From positions 65,989 to 129,988 of the forward strand of contig CAZDQF010000012.1 of the NCBI GenBank assembly GCA_964507445.1: DNA of 64,000 nt, read 5' to 3'. The notes beneath the pieces are model-generated. The model was given only the letters and a program-made list of their open reading frames with translations. It was not told where the DNA came from and searched no databases. Origin of the DNA: an uncultured Isosphaeraceae bacterium. Its GTDB lineage: Bacteria; Planctomycetota; GCA-002687715. The translations under genes were made by a program, and so were the position numbers. Positions 29,393-38,585 of the stretch are shown here, in pieces. Positions within the stretch are counted from its first letter, which is position 1, and the number at the start of each line of letters is the position of its first letter.

Positions 29393-32300
29393 TTAGAGCT
29401 GGTCAGGGTAGCGGGGCCATTGGAGGGTGAAGCCCACCGGTGAGCTGGGGTTGATGTAGGCACCCTGCACCGTGATGCTCCAGCCGAGGGCCGGGTTGGG
29501 GAGGGTGAGACCCGGGAGGGTGAACTCACCGGCGGCGTCGTAGACGATGCCGGGGATCGGAGGTCCGAAGACACCGATGCCGTCGATCACCACGAACCAG
29601 TCCCCCGGGACCGCCGGCTGGGAGCCGCGGACCGACAGCACGAAGTCTGCCGCGGGGCTCGGCCACGGATAGATGGGGGTCGGGTTGGTGAGGTCCGCCA
29701 GCAGCAGCAGCGGGAAGCCCGGCAGGCCGCTCTCGCAGCGGGCCCCGTAGGACTCGCCCGGCAGCGGCGCCAGCGGGTTGCGGGTGACGGTGCCGGCGTT
29801 GCTGCCGAGACCGCCGACCACGCACGCCACCGCGTTGGACGGCACCGTGTGGGCGTTCTCCACCGCGATGGCGAGGCCGCCGCGGCGCAGGGCGCCGAGC
29901 ACCGTCGGGCCCACCTGGCAGCTCAGGGTGGAGCTGTTCAGGTAGGTGGTGGGCAGGGCGTAGCCGTCGGCGTAGGCGACGGTGCCCGGATGGAAGTTGG
30001 TCCCCGTGATGGTGATGGTCTGAGCCGGTGATGCCGCGGTCAGGATGGGGATCGAGGACGGCGTGATGTTGATGATCGAAGGCGCAAGCACCGGGAACGA
30101 CAGGGCGCCGGAGGCGCCGCCGCCAGGACCGGCGGTCTCCACGTCCACGTTGGCGGTGCCCGGCGTCCCGATGAGGGCCGCGGACACCGTGGCCTGCAGC
30201 TGGTTCGAGGAGACGAAGCTCGTGGGCAACGGGCCGCCGTTCCAACGCACCTGGGAGTCACCGTTGATGAAGTCGGAGCCGTTCACGTTCATGGTGAACG
30301 TGGCGTCGCCGGCGACGGCGAACGTGGGCGCCACCGAAACGATGGACGGTGTCGGGTTCTCAACGGTGAAGTTGGTGGAGCCCAGACCGCCGCCGGGCGC
30401 CGGGTTCTCCACGCTGACCAGCACCGATCCGGCGGTGGACAGGGATGCGCCGGGCACCGTGGCGGTGACCGCGTTGGCGCTCACCAGGGTGGTGGCCAGA
30501 CCCAGCCCGTTGAATCGGATCACCGAGCTGCTGTTGAAGTTGGCGCCGTTCACCGTGATGGCCAGGGGGCCGCTGCCCACCACCGCTGAGGCGGGGCTGA
30601 CGGAGGCCACCGTGGGCACCGGGTTGTTGACCGTGAAGGTGCTGATGGGAGTGATGCCGCCACCGGGTGACGGGTTGAACACCTGCACGTTCCGGGTCCC
30701 GGCGTTGGTGATGAAGCCGGCCGGGATGGTGCAGCGCACCAGCGTCGACGACACCAGGGTGGTGGACTGGCTCAGACCGTTCCACCGGATCACTGAACTG
30801 CCGTTGAAGTTGGAGCCGCTGACGTTGAGGGTGAAGGCTCCGCTCCCTGCGGTGGCCGACGACGGGCTCAGGGAGCTCAGGGTCGGCGCCGGGTTGTTGA
30901 TGGTGAAGGTCTGGCTGCCGGAGATGCCGCCGCCGGGGGCGGGGGTCTCCACGTCCACGGACGCGGTGCCGGCGCTGGCGATGAGCGCGGAGGACACCGA
31001 GGCCGTGAGCTGGCCGGAGTTCACGTAGGTGGTCGTCAGGTTGCTGCCGTTCCAGCGGATGCTGGAGCCGGAGATGAAGTTCGATCCGTTCACGGTCAGG
31101 GTGAAGGAGGAACCACCAGCGAAGGCCGAGCTCGGCGACAGGGACGAGGTGGACGGCGCCGGGTTGGGCGTCGGCTCCACGGTCACGGAGAAGGTCGGTT
31201 GTGACGACGGGTCCGCGGTGGCGTGGTAGACGCTGATGGCGTGCCACCCGGTGGTGGAGAAGGTCCGGGTCAGCGTGGTGCCGCCCGCCGCGCCCAAGGC
31301 CACGTAGTCGTTGTCCGATCGCCAACTGGCGTCCGTGCCCGGTTCATGGAGTCGCCACGACAGGTTCGGGGCGTTGTCCAGGGTGATGTCGTAGCTGCCC
31401 GGGCTCGGGATGTCGAACTCGAACATGCGGATCACCCGGTTGGCCGGCCATCCGGCGATGGTGTACGGCGTCCCCACGTTCAGGGTCACCGTGTAGGAGC
31501 GCATGAGGCGAGCGCTGTCCGCTCCGGAGAAGCGAGAGGAGACGCCGTTGCTGGGGGTGACGGTGCCGTTATGTCCGTTGGCGATGACGAAGTCGGTGAC
31601 GCCGCCACCGGACCTCGAGTAGCCCGTGCCCACACCGATGTCCCAGTCGGAGGCCGAGGCGACACCGACCGCGTTCCACCTGCCGGACTCCGGCGAGAAC
31701 GTGAAGGGGGCGCAGGGACCCGCAGCCGTGGCCACACCGAACCCGGACAGGGTGGTGCTGGTGGAGACGGAACAGATGTTGGACATCACCGTGGTGGTGT
31801 CGGTGGAGGGCCCGTTGTTGCGATACAGCAGCAGGGCGTGGTACCCGGTGCTGGAAACCGTCACGTTGACGGTGCCCCCGCCGCCGTTGCCGGAGGCGAT
31901 GGAACTCGCTTCCGGGACCCAGTTGGCGTCCGATTGAGGCGCGTAGAAGCGCCACGAGATCGAGGAATCCCCGACCACCGTGATGGCGTAGGTGCCCGTG
32001 GAGGTGAGGTTCACCTCGCGCAGCTCCAGGATCTCCCCTGCGGCGAACGCGTCCACCGAGTTGGACCCGGTTGCGCTGAGGGACAGGGCGTCCTGGTGCT
32101 CCATGGTCCCGTCTGAGGAGCCGGAGAACCGGTTCACCTGACCCCATATGGGAGAGATGGTGCCGAGGTGCCCGTTGGCGAGGGCGAAGTCGGCGCCGCC
32201 CGTGTAGGAGGTCGCGCTGCCCAGCACCAGGTCCCAGTCGGAGGGAGAGGAGATGCCGACCACGTTCCATCGTCCCGCCACCGCCGTTATCCGGAAGTCC

Positions 32301-34129
32301 TGGCACGGGTCGGTGATGGTCGTCGGAACGTTGTCCGTGAGCAGGATTGACCCCGTCGCCGAGCACACCGTGACCGCGAGGCTGGTGGGGCTGACCGCCG
32401 CGACGCCGTCGTCCTTGTAGACCACGATGACGTGCCATCCGGTGTTCAGGGTCGCGCCCTGGTATGTGGAAAGGCCGACGGTCCCGCTGGCCTCCAGGGT
32501 CGTGGAGGTGCGGCTGCGCCATCCGGCGTTCGACCCCGGTGCGTACAGCCGCCAGTTGAGGTCGCTGCTGCCGCTGACGGTGATGTCGAAGCTGCCCGCG
32601 GCCGTGACCTCAAACTCGAACATCTGCATCACGTCGGTGGACCCCCAGGAGCTGGTCTCCGTCTCGCCGACCGCGAAGGTCTGGGCTTCGAGGAGGTCTG
32701 CGTAGGCGTTGGAGCCGCCGGAGAAGCGGTTCAGCTCGCCGGAGGTGGGCGCGACGGTTCCGAGGCGCCCGTTGGCGATGATGAAGTCGCAACTGCCGCC
32801 ACCGAGGACCGACGACGCATCTTCGTGGATCAGGTCCCAATCGCTGGCCGACGTGATACCGAAGCCGACCCAGCTGTTGGCCGCAGGTGTGCCGTTGAAC
32901 ACCTGGAAATCGCAGGTCACCGGGTCGGCGGCCCCGCTCTGCGAGCTGGCCAGGAACTGGGTCGAGCACCCGACGGTCTGTGCGATGGCCGTTTGCAGCG
33001 CTGGCCGGAGAATGCTGGTCCCGCTGTTGGAGCTGGTGGAGCTGGTGCCGCAGCCGCCGTTGGTGTGGATGCCGATGGCCAGGCCCGTCGCGGTGTCGAT
33101 GATGGGGCTCCCGGAGTTGCCGCCCTCGGTATCCACCCGGTGGCGGATCTGGTCGCCTACGTACCCGAAGTGCGTGCCGGTGTCCGTCTGTTGATCGTAG
33201 GCGCGGGTAGCGTTGTTGCTGTCATCCCCGTGTCCGGTGACGCGGAGGTTGGGCACCACGAACGGCGGGATGTACGCCGGCAAGGTCGTGGCCAGGCTAA
33301 AGAATGAACCCTGGTTGCCGAAAGCCGTGGTGCCTGTGGAGTTGGGGTGCAGGCGCGCGACGGCCCAGTCGTCGCCGCCTCCCGGCAGGCCCAGATTTTC
33401 GAACTGGATGGTGGATTGATCCACCGGGTACTGATCTGCGACGGGTGGGTGCTGGGCGCAGCCTGCGGCGTTGGATGCCGGGGTGTTGAATTCGGCGATG
33501 ACAAACCAGTCCGGCAGCGGGTCGGCGCAGTGGCCGGCGCCGAGGATGGTGTTGGTCGAGCTGATCAACCAACCGGTGCAGGAGCCGCACGACGCGGCCG
33601 TCATGACGAGTCGGCAGACGCGTGCGTCATTGCTCAGGGTCCGCTCGTCGCCGCTGCCGCAGATGGTGTTGGACGTGCCCAGGATGGGCTGGATCCCCGC
33701 GTAGACGGTGCGGATGACGATCTGGCCGGTGGAGCCTGGCGCCAGCTCGATGGCCACGTCCACACGGTCTCCGTTGAACCACGCGGTGTGGTTCCGCCAC
33801 TGCTTCAGGCGCAGGTGATCGAGCCGCTGGGTCTCCCCGTCTCGCGGGTTGGTCAGGATGACGGCGTCGTCAGGACCGATCTCGACGGTGTCGAAGAGCA
33901 ACTGGAGCGAATGGGCCCCGGTGACCTGGATGGGTGCGCTCCACGCTCGCCAGGGGATGTCCCTGCCGTTGCTCACCAAGCCCGAAGAGGCGGGGTAGTT
34001 GACCGCGGTGGCGATAGGTGCAGAGGGTTGGGCCACGACCGAAGGCATGGTCGCGGCGACGAGGAGGAGCGTCAGCGCTCCGAGTGCGGTGACTCGGCCG
34101 ACAGGCCGGACACTGATGGAGAGGGACAT
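29393..34129 (-). CDS. Large (about 1578 aa) secreted trypsin-like S1 protease with pre-peptidase-like repeats, about 6 IPT/TIG domains and a conserved C-terminal domain (paralog of the 17164-29004 protein)
   Basis: Internal Met MSLSISVRPVGRVTALGALTLLLVAATMPSVVAQ is a signal peptide, preceded by RBS AGGAAG. The ATG at 34129 was checked. The protease region aligns with gene 1 (SLQLLFDT...NPRDGE.QRL...WRNHTAWFNGDR; AGHC; GNSGSPI). The C-terminal 170 aa is shared with gene 1. Confidence 0.85.
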   Translation of the reverse strand: MSLSISVRPVGRVTALGALTLLLVAATMPSVVAQPSAPIATAVNYPASSGLVSNGRDIPWRAWSAPIQVTGAHSLQLLFDTVEIGPDDAVILTNPRDGETQRLDHLRLKQWRNHTAWFNGDRVDVAIELAPGSTGQIVIRTVYAGIQPILGTSNTICGSGDERTLSNDARVCRLVMTAASCGSCTGWLISSTNTILGAGHCADPLPDWFVIAEFNTPASNAAGCAQHPPVADQYPVDQSTIQFENLGLPGGGDDWAVARLHPNSTGTTAFGNQGSFFSLATTLPAYIPPFVVPNLRVTGHGDDSNNATRAYDQQTDTGTHFGYVGDQIRHRVDTEGGNSGSPIIDTATGLAIGIHTNGGCGTSSTSSNSGTSILRPALQTAIAQTVGCSTQFLASSQSGAADPVTCDFQVFNGTPAANSWVGFGITSASDWDLIHEDASSVLGGGSCDFIIANGRLGTVAPTSGELNRFSGGSNAYADLLEAQTFAVGETETSSWGSTDVMQMFEFEVTAAGSFDITVSGSSDLNWRLYAPGSNAGWRSRTSTTLEASGTVGLSTYQGATLNTGWHVIVVYKDDGVAAVSPTSLAVTVCSATGSILLTDNVPTTITDPCQDFRITAVAGRWNVVGISSPSDWDLVLGSATSYTGGADFALANGHLGTISPIWGQVNRFSGSSDGTMEHQDALSLSATGSNSVDAFAAGEILELREVNLTSTGTYAITVVGDSSISWRFYAPQSDANWVPEASSIASGNGGGGTVNVTVSSTGYHALLLYRNNGPSTDTTTVMSNICSVSTSTTLSGFGVATAAGPCAPFTFSPESGRWNAVGVASASDWDIGVGTGYSRSGGGVTDFVIANGHNGTVTPSNGVSSRFSGADSARLMRSYTVTLNVGTPYTIAGWPANRVIRMFEFDIPSPGSYDITLDNAPNLSWRLHEPGTDASWRSDNDYVALGAAGGTTLTRTFSTTGWHAISVYHATADPSSQPTFSVTVEPTPNPAPSTSSLSPSSAFAGGSSFTLTVNGSNFISGSSIRWNGSNLTTTYVNSGQLTASVSSALIASAGTASVDVETPAPGGGISGSQTFTINNPAPTLSSLSPSSATAGSGAFTLNVSGSNFNGSSVIRWNGLSQSTTLVSSTLVRCTIPAGFITNAGTRNVQVFNPSPGGGITPISTFTVNNPVPTVASVSPASAVVGSGPLAITVNGANFNSSSVIRFNGLGLATTLVSANAVTATVPGASLSTAGSVLVSVENPAPGGGLGSTNFTVENPTPSIVSVAPTFAVAGDATFTMNVNGSDFINGDSQVRWNGGPLPTSFVSSNQLQATVSAALIGTPGTANVDVETAGPGGGASGALSFPVLAPSIINITPSSIPILTAASPAQTITITGTNFHPGTVAYADGYALPTTYLNSSTLSCQVGPTVLGALRRGGLAIAVENAHTVPSNAVACVVGGLGSNAGTVTRNPLAPLPGESYGARCESGLPGFPLLLLADLTNPTPIYPWPSPAADFVLSVRGSQPAVPGDWFVVIDGIGVFGPPIPGIVYDAAGEFTLPGLTLPNPALGWSITVQGAYINPSSPVGFTLQWPRYPDQL

Positions 34130-34392
34130 TACTTCCTGGTTCCTTTGGAATGATGAGGGTCCACTGGGGTGAAACGTCGAGCGGGGGGCGGGAGACCCCC
34201 CAAGTTGTAGTGGATTCACCCGCCGCTGGGGTTTCGTGCGACAAAAAAAAGGGGATTCTGCGATTTGCAGTCGACGAAGGGGCGTCCGGAGCTCCGAACT
34301 GAGTCCCTCGGCCGGCCACGCGGCCTTCGCAAGCGCCTCTCCCGCAGTTACTTGTGCCTGCGCTCCGAGCACTCTGCGGTCGGCGCGAGGCT

Positions 34393-35661
34393 CTATCGCA
34401 GGCTGAGGCTCAGGGCGCCGCCCTGGCCGCCGCCGATGCAGAGGGTCGCGAGGGCTCTCGAGCCGTGGCGGCGTCTTAGTTCCAGGAGGCTGGTCAGCAC
34501 CAGGCGGGCGCCGGTCATCCCCACGGGGTGTCCCATGGCGATGGCGCCCCCGTTGACGTTGAGGCGTTCGGTGGGGATGGTCCCCAGCGGATCGTCTCGC
34601 GAGAGGACGTCCCTGGCGTAATCCCCGTCCTCCGCGGCTCGGAGGCAGGCCAGGACCTGAGCGGCGAAGGCCTCGTTGATCTCGATCAGGTCATAGTCGG
34701 GGAGGGGGGCGTCCGGGTGAAGGCGGCTCATGGCGTGCACCGGTCCCAAGCCCATGCGCCGGGGATCGCACCCCGCGTACGCCCATTCGTCGAGGAAGCC
34801 GAGGGGGGTGAGCCCCATGGTCTCCGCCCACCGTTCGTCCCCTACCAGCAAGGCCACCGCCCCGTCGGTGATCTGGCTGGAGTTGCCGGCGGTCACGGAG
34901 CCGTGGCGACGATCGAACACGGTGCGTAGCCTGGCCAGACGTTCAGGAGTGGAGTCGTCCCGGACTCCTTCGTCATCTCGGAGGACGCCTCCTTGATGGA
35001 CGACATCGAAGGTCTCCTCCCGGAGCTTGTCCCGACCAGCGAGGGCCTTGCGGTGGCTCTCGGCGGCGAATCCGTCTTGCGCGCTGCGTGAGATCGCCCA
35101 TTCACGGGCGAGGAGCTCCGCCGTGTCTCCCATGCCCATGCCCACTACCGGGTCGGTCAGCCCGCGGATGAGCGCGGCCTCCGGGCTGATCATGGAAGGG
35201 CGGAAGCCCACCAGGGTTCGCATCCGGGCCCACACGGAGCGGGCTCGTTGCAGTCGTTTGAACCAGGCCACCGCTCGGGGACGGAACAGGAGCGGGTAGT
35301 TGCTCATGCTCTCCGTCGCGACAGCGGCGAACAGGTCTCCGCGGCCGGCGCGTAGTCGGAGTGCGCACTGGGTGATGGCCTCGAAGCCGGAGGCGCAATT
35401 GCGGTGCACCGTCATGGCCTCGACGGATTCGGGGACGCCGGCACGAAGAGCGATCACCCTGCCGATGTTAGGGGCGTCAGGGCCCTGTCCGACGTTGCCG
35501 CAGACCACCGTGTCCAGCCGTGACGGGTCGACGTCTGTGCGCAGCAGCAGCTCGCGGAGGGCCAGGGTGCCGAGGTCGTCGGCTCCCAGGCGGCGCAGGG
35601 CCCCGTCCATCTTCCCGAGTGGGGTGCGGATTCCGGCCAGGATGCAGAGTCGTTGGCTCAC
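34393..35661 (-). CDS. fadA: Acetyl-CoA C-acyltransferase (3-ketoacyl-CoA thiolase)
   Basis: Thiolase signatures (ILAGIRTPLGK; VHRNCASGFEA; C-terminal NVNGGAIAMGHPVGMTGARL; CIGGGQGGA). GTG start at 35661 overlaps the fadB stop (GTGA). Confidence 0.88.
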   Translation of the reverse strand: MSQRLCILAGIRTPLGKMDGALRRLGADDLGTLALRELLLRTDVDPSRLDTVVCGNVGQGPDAPNIGRVIALRAGVPESVEAMTVHRNCASGFEAITQCALRLRAGRGDLFAAVATESMSNYPLLFRPRAVAWFKRLQRARSVWARMRTLVGFRPSMISPEAALIRGLTDPVVGMGMGDTAELLAREWAISRSAQDGFAAESHRKALAGRDKLREETFDVVHQGGVLRDDEGVRDDSTPERLARLRTVFDRRHGSVTAGNSSQITDGAVALLVGDERWAETMGLTPLGFLDEWAYAGCDPRRMGLGPVHAMSRLHPDAPLPDYDLIEINEAFAAQVLACLRAAEDGDYARDVLSRDDPLGTIPTERLNVNGGAIAMGHPVGMTGARLVLTSLLELRRRHGSRALATLCIGGGQGGALSLSLR

Positions 35662-37652
35662 GAGGACTCCTCCGCCCAGTGAAGCAGGCCGCCCTTCTCC
35701 GGTGGGAACCCGATCCCGAAGACGGTGCCGATGTCCACGTCTTCGGGGCACAGGACGAGGCCCTCCGCCAGGATGGCCTGCGCTTCCGTCACCATCCGAC
35801 CGACCAGCCGCGCGGACAGGTCCGGGTCCGCCGCCGCGTTCCGCCGCGAGGGTCGCCGCTTGCCGTAGGTGTAGAAGCCGCGACCGGACTTCTTGCCCAG
35901 GTGCCCCTTCTCGACCCGCTGTTCGATGCTCGGGTGAAGCTCGAACGGATTCCCGTCCCGTGTCGCCGCGTGTCGTCCGGCGTCGACGATGACGTCGAGG
36001 CCGACCTCGTCCATGAGCCGGAAGGGCCCCATGGGTAGCCCGAAAGCCCTGATGGATGCGTCTACGGACTCCCGGTCCACGCCTCCGTCGCAGATGCGGC
36101 AGGCCTCCAAGAAGTACGGCGCCAGGAGCCGGTTCACCAGGAACCCCGGACCGTCGCCGACGACGATGGGGGTCTTGCCAAGCGCCTTCGCGGCGGCCAG
36201 TCCACGGGCCAGGGTGTGGTCGGAGGTCTTCGCCCCACGGACGATCTCCAGCAGCGGCATCAACCCCGGGGGGTTGAAGAAATGCAGGCCGAGGAACCGG
36301 CCCGGGACCCCCGTGGCGTCCGCCAGCTCATCAACGGAGAGGCTCGAGGTGTTGGTGGCGATCATCGTCCGGTCGGAGGTCTCGGCCACCACCTGGGTGA
36401 GGATGTCGTGTTTGAGCTCCATGCGCTCCGGCGCCGCCTCGATGACGCAGTCCATGGAGCGGAGGCCGTCGATCTTCGTGGACACCGTGAAGCGGGTGCG
36501 GTGGAGGTGTGCCTCCGCTTTGCTCATGTCGCCACGCCGGACGCGCCGCTTCAGTTCGTTCTCGACGCGTCTCAATCCGGCGGCGAGGGCGTCCGGTTGG
36601 GGGTCGATGAGGCGCACGCCGAGCCCCTTGCCGACGGCCAGGGCCGCGATCCCGGCTCCCATGGTGCCGCCGCCGATGACCGCCAGCTCGCGGGGGCCCT
36701 CCGTGTCCCGACCGGCGCCGTAGACCGGTGGCCGGTTCCCGTCCCGGGTGAGGCGGAACAGCCGCAGCAGGTTCTCATGGGCGGAGGTCTGGAGGAGCTT
36801 CAGCACCTCCTGCCGTTCCGACTCCAGGGAGTCGGACGTGGGAGCGGTGACGGAACTCGCCATGACCTCGAGAGCGGCCATGGGCGCCGGAAACCGTCCC
36901 TTGGTCTGCTTCAGGATCGCCTTGCGAGCGAAGCGCTGGGTCAAGGCCCGTCCGGGAGGGGTGTGGTCCAGGAACCGCTGGATCATGCCCTTGCGAGGGC
37001 GCCGGCCGTGTCCTCCCCGACCCCGCTCTTCGATCAAGTCGAGGGCGACAGGGACCAGTTGCTGGCTCGCCACGACGTCGTCCACCAGGCCGAGTCTGCG
37101 GGCCTTGCGAGCGTTGACGGTCTTGCCCGCGGTGACCAGGGGGATGGCCGCCCCCAGGCCGATCAGGCGAGGCAGCCGCGTGCTGCCGCCCCAGGCGGGG
37201 AGGATGCCCAGCTTGGTCTCGGGCAGGCCGAGTTGAGTCTTGGGGTCCTCCGTCGCCAGGCGGGCGTCGCACGCGAGGGCCAGCTCCAGGCCGCCGCCGA
37301 CGCAGACCCCGTCAACGAGCGCGACGGTCACTTGTGGTAGGTGTGCGATGCGTTCGAACAGGTCCTGACCACGGCGGATCATGACCTCGGCCTCTGCTGG
37401 GGACTCCAGGGCGGCCATGGCGTCCACGTCGGCGCCGGCGCAGAACACGCCCGGGACCTCGCTGCGGAACAGGACGCCTCGGAGGTCCTTGTTGGCGACC
37501 AGCTCCTGGAGCAGCTCCTCCAGCTGCTCCACCACACCTTCGCCGATGACGAACGGAGCGTCGTCCTCGGTCCGGAAGGTGACGGCGACGACGCCGTCCT
37601 CTATCTGGTCAGCCCTGATCATCCCCATGTCGCCCGCGGATATCCTAATCAA
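35658..37652 (-). CDS. fadB: Fatty acid oxidation complex alpha subunit (enoyl-CoA hydratase / 3-hydroxyacyl-CoA dehydrogenase), FadB/FadJ family
   Basis: N-terminal crotonase domain (FCAGADVD), central NAD-binding LAVIGGGTMGAGIAA, and a 3HCDH C-terminal domain. About 664 aa. Confidence 0.88.
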   Translation of the reverse strand: MIRISAGDMGMIRADQIEDGVVAVTFRTEDDAPFVIGEGVVEQLEELLQELVANKDLRGVLFRSEVPGVFCAGADVDAMAALESPAEAEVMIRRGQDLFERIAHLPQVTVALVDGVCVGGGLELALACDARLATEDPKTQLGLPETKLGILPAWGGSTRLPRLIGLGAAIPLVTAGKTVNARKARRLGLVDDVVASQQLVPVALDLIEERGRGGHGRRPRKGMIQRFLDHTPPGRALTQRFARKAILKQTKGRFPAPMAALEVMASSVTAPTSDSLESERQEVLKLLQTSAHENLLRLFRLTRDGNRPPVYGAGRDTEGPRELAVIGGGTMGAGIAALAVGKGLGVRLIDPQPDALAAGLRRVENELKRRVRRGDMSKAEAHLHRTRFTVSTKIDGLRSMDCVIEAAPERMELKHDILTQVVAETSDRTMIATNTSSLSVDELADATGVPGRFLGLHFFNPPGLMPLLEIVRGAKTSDHTLARGLAAAKALGKTPIVVGDGPGFLVNRLLAPYFLEACRICDGGVDRESVDASIRAFGLPMGPFRLMDEVGLDVIVDAGRHAATRDGNPFELHPSIEQRVEKGHLGKKSGRGFYTYGKRRPSRRNAAADPDLSARLVGRMVTEAQAILAEGLVLCPEDVDIGTVFGIGFPPEKGGLLHWAEESS

Positions 37653-37670
37653 CCCCGGGCCGCAGGGGGA

Positions 37671-38585
37671 TCAGCGAATCGAAGCCCAGCCCGGGTTGAG
37701 GTGGGGCAGCAGCTCGTCGCGGACGTTGGCGGCCGCCGCGCGACCACGCTCCGCCATCTCCGCCGCCTGGTTGAAGTCTGACCAGGGGAGGCTGTCCACG
37801 TCAGGGTGGATGATGACATCCGCGAGGGAGAGGACGTGGTCACGGAACACCGTCCCGGCGATCTCCTCCATCCTCATCATGACCCCGAGGGCGGTCTCGC
37901 AAGTCTCGAGGGGGGTCACCGCCCGGCTCACGTCTGCCGCGATGACCAGGGACGGGTTGTAGTAGCGACACTCCTGGGTTGGCAACGGAGAGAAGATGCC
38001 GATGTCCGAGAGCAGCATGCCGTCCAACTCCACCGGCGGGAAGATGCCAGGGAGCGAGGCGGATCCACGGACCGCCTTTCGGAGATTGCCCTTCTCGAGG
38101 ACCACCCGCCTGCCGCTACGAAGATCGATGGCCACGATGGTCAGGGGAATGCTGGCGTCGGCGATGTCGGCGTCGGGCAGCACGTTGTCGGCGACGTCCT
38201 TGAGCAGCTGGGATGCCAGCAGGCCCTTCTTGGTCACCACGCGGTTGAACATCCGGTTGGCGCGGAGGTACTCGCGGATCTGGTTGAACCAGCCGACCCC
38301 GCCGTCCTTGCCGTCTCCGTTCTGGTTCTGACCTCGGCTGGCGCCCATCATGGACTTCTGGTGCGTCTGGAATCGGTCGCTGGTCACGTAGTCGATGACC
38401 CGCTTGGAGATCACGTCGGCGTCGGGCTCGAAGGCATAGGCGGCGCCAACGATGCTGCCGATGCTGACGCCGACGATGCGGTCCGGTCGGATGGGGCTCT
38501 GCTCCAGCACCTCGAGGACGCCAAGGTGAGCGAGCCCGCGGGCGCCGCCGCCACCGAGAGCGACCACCACCGGACCACGGCTCAT
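37671..38585 (-). CDS. Patatin-like phospholipase family protein
   Basis: Oxyanion hole GGGGARG, nucleophile elbow GVSIGS (GxSxG), and a downstream catalytic Asp region. ATG overlaps the stop of the upstream ligase gene (ATGA). Confidence 0.82.
   Translation of the reverse strand: MSRGPVVVALGGGGARGLAHLGVLEVLEQSPIRPDRIVGVSIGSIVGAAYAFEPDADVISKRVIDYVTSDRFQTHQKSMMGASRGQNQNGDGKDGGVGWFNQIREYLRANRMFNRVVTKKGLLASQLLKDVADNVLPDADIADASIPLTIVAIDLRSGRRVVLEKGNLRKAVRGSASLPGIFPPVELDGMLLSDIGIFSPLPTQECRYYNPSLVIAADVSRAVTPLETCETALGVMMRMEEIAGTVFRDHVLSLADVIIHPDVDSLPWSDFNQAAEMAERGRAAAANVRDELLPHLNPGWASIR

Noticed and set aside
34150-34392. Possible terminator for the fad operon (A8 at 34243-34250 with upstream GC palindromes tcggagctccga, ggccggcc)
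   Set aside because: No convincing stem immediately abutting the T-run on the minus strand, so not reported as a feature.
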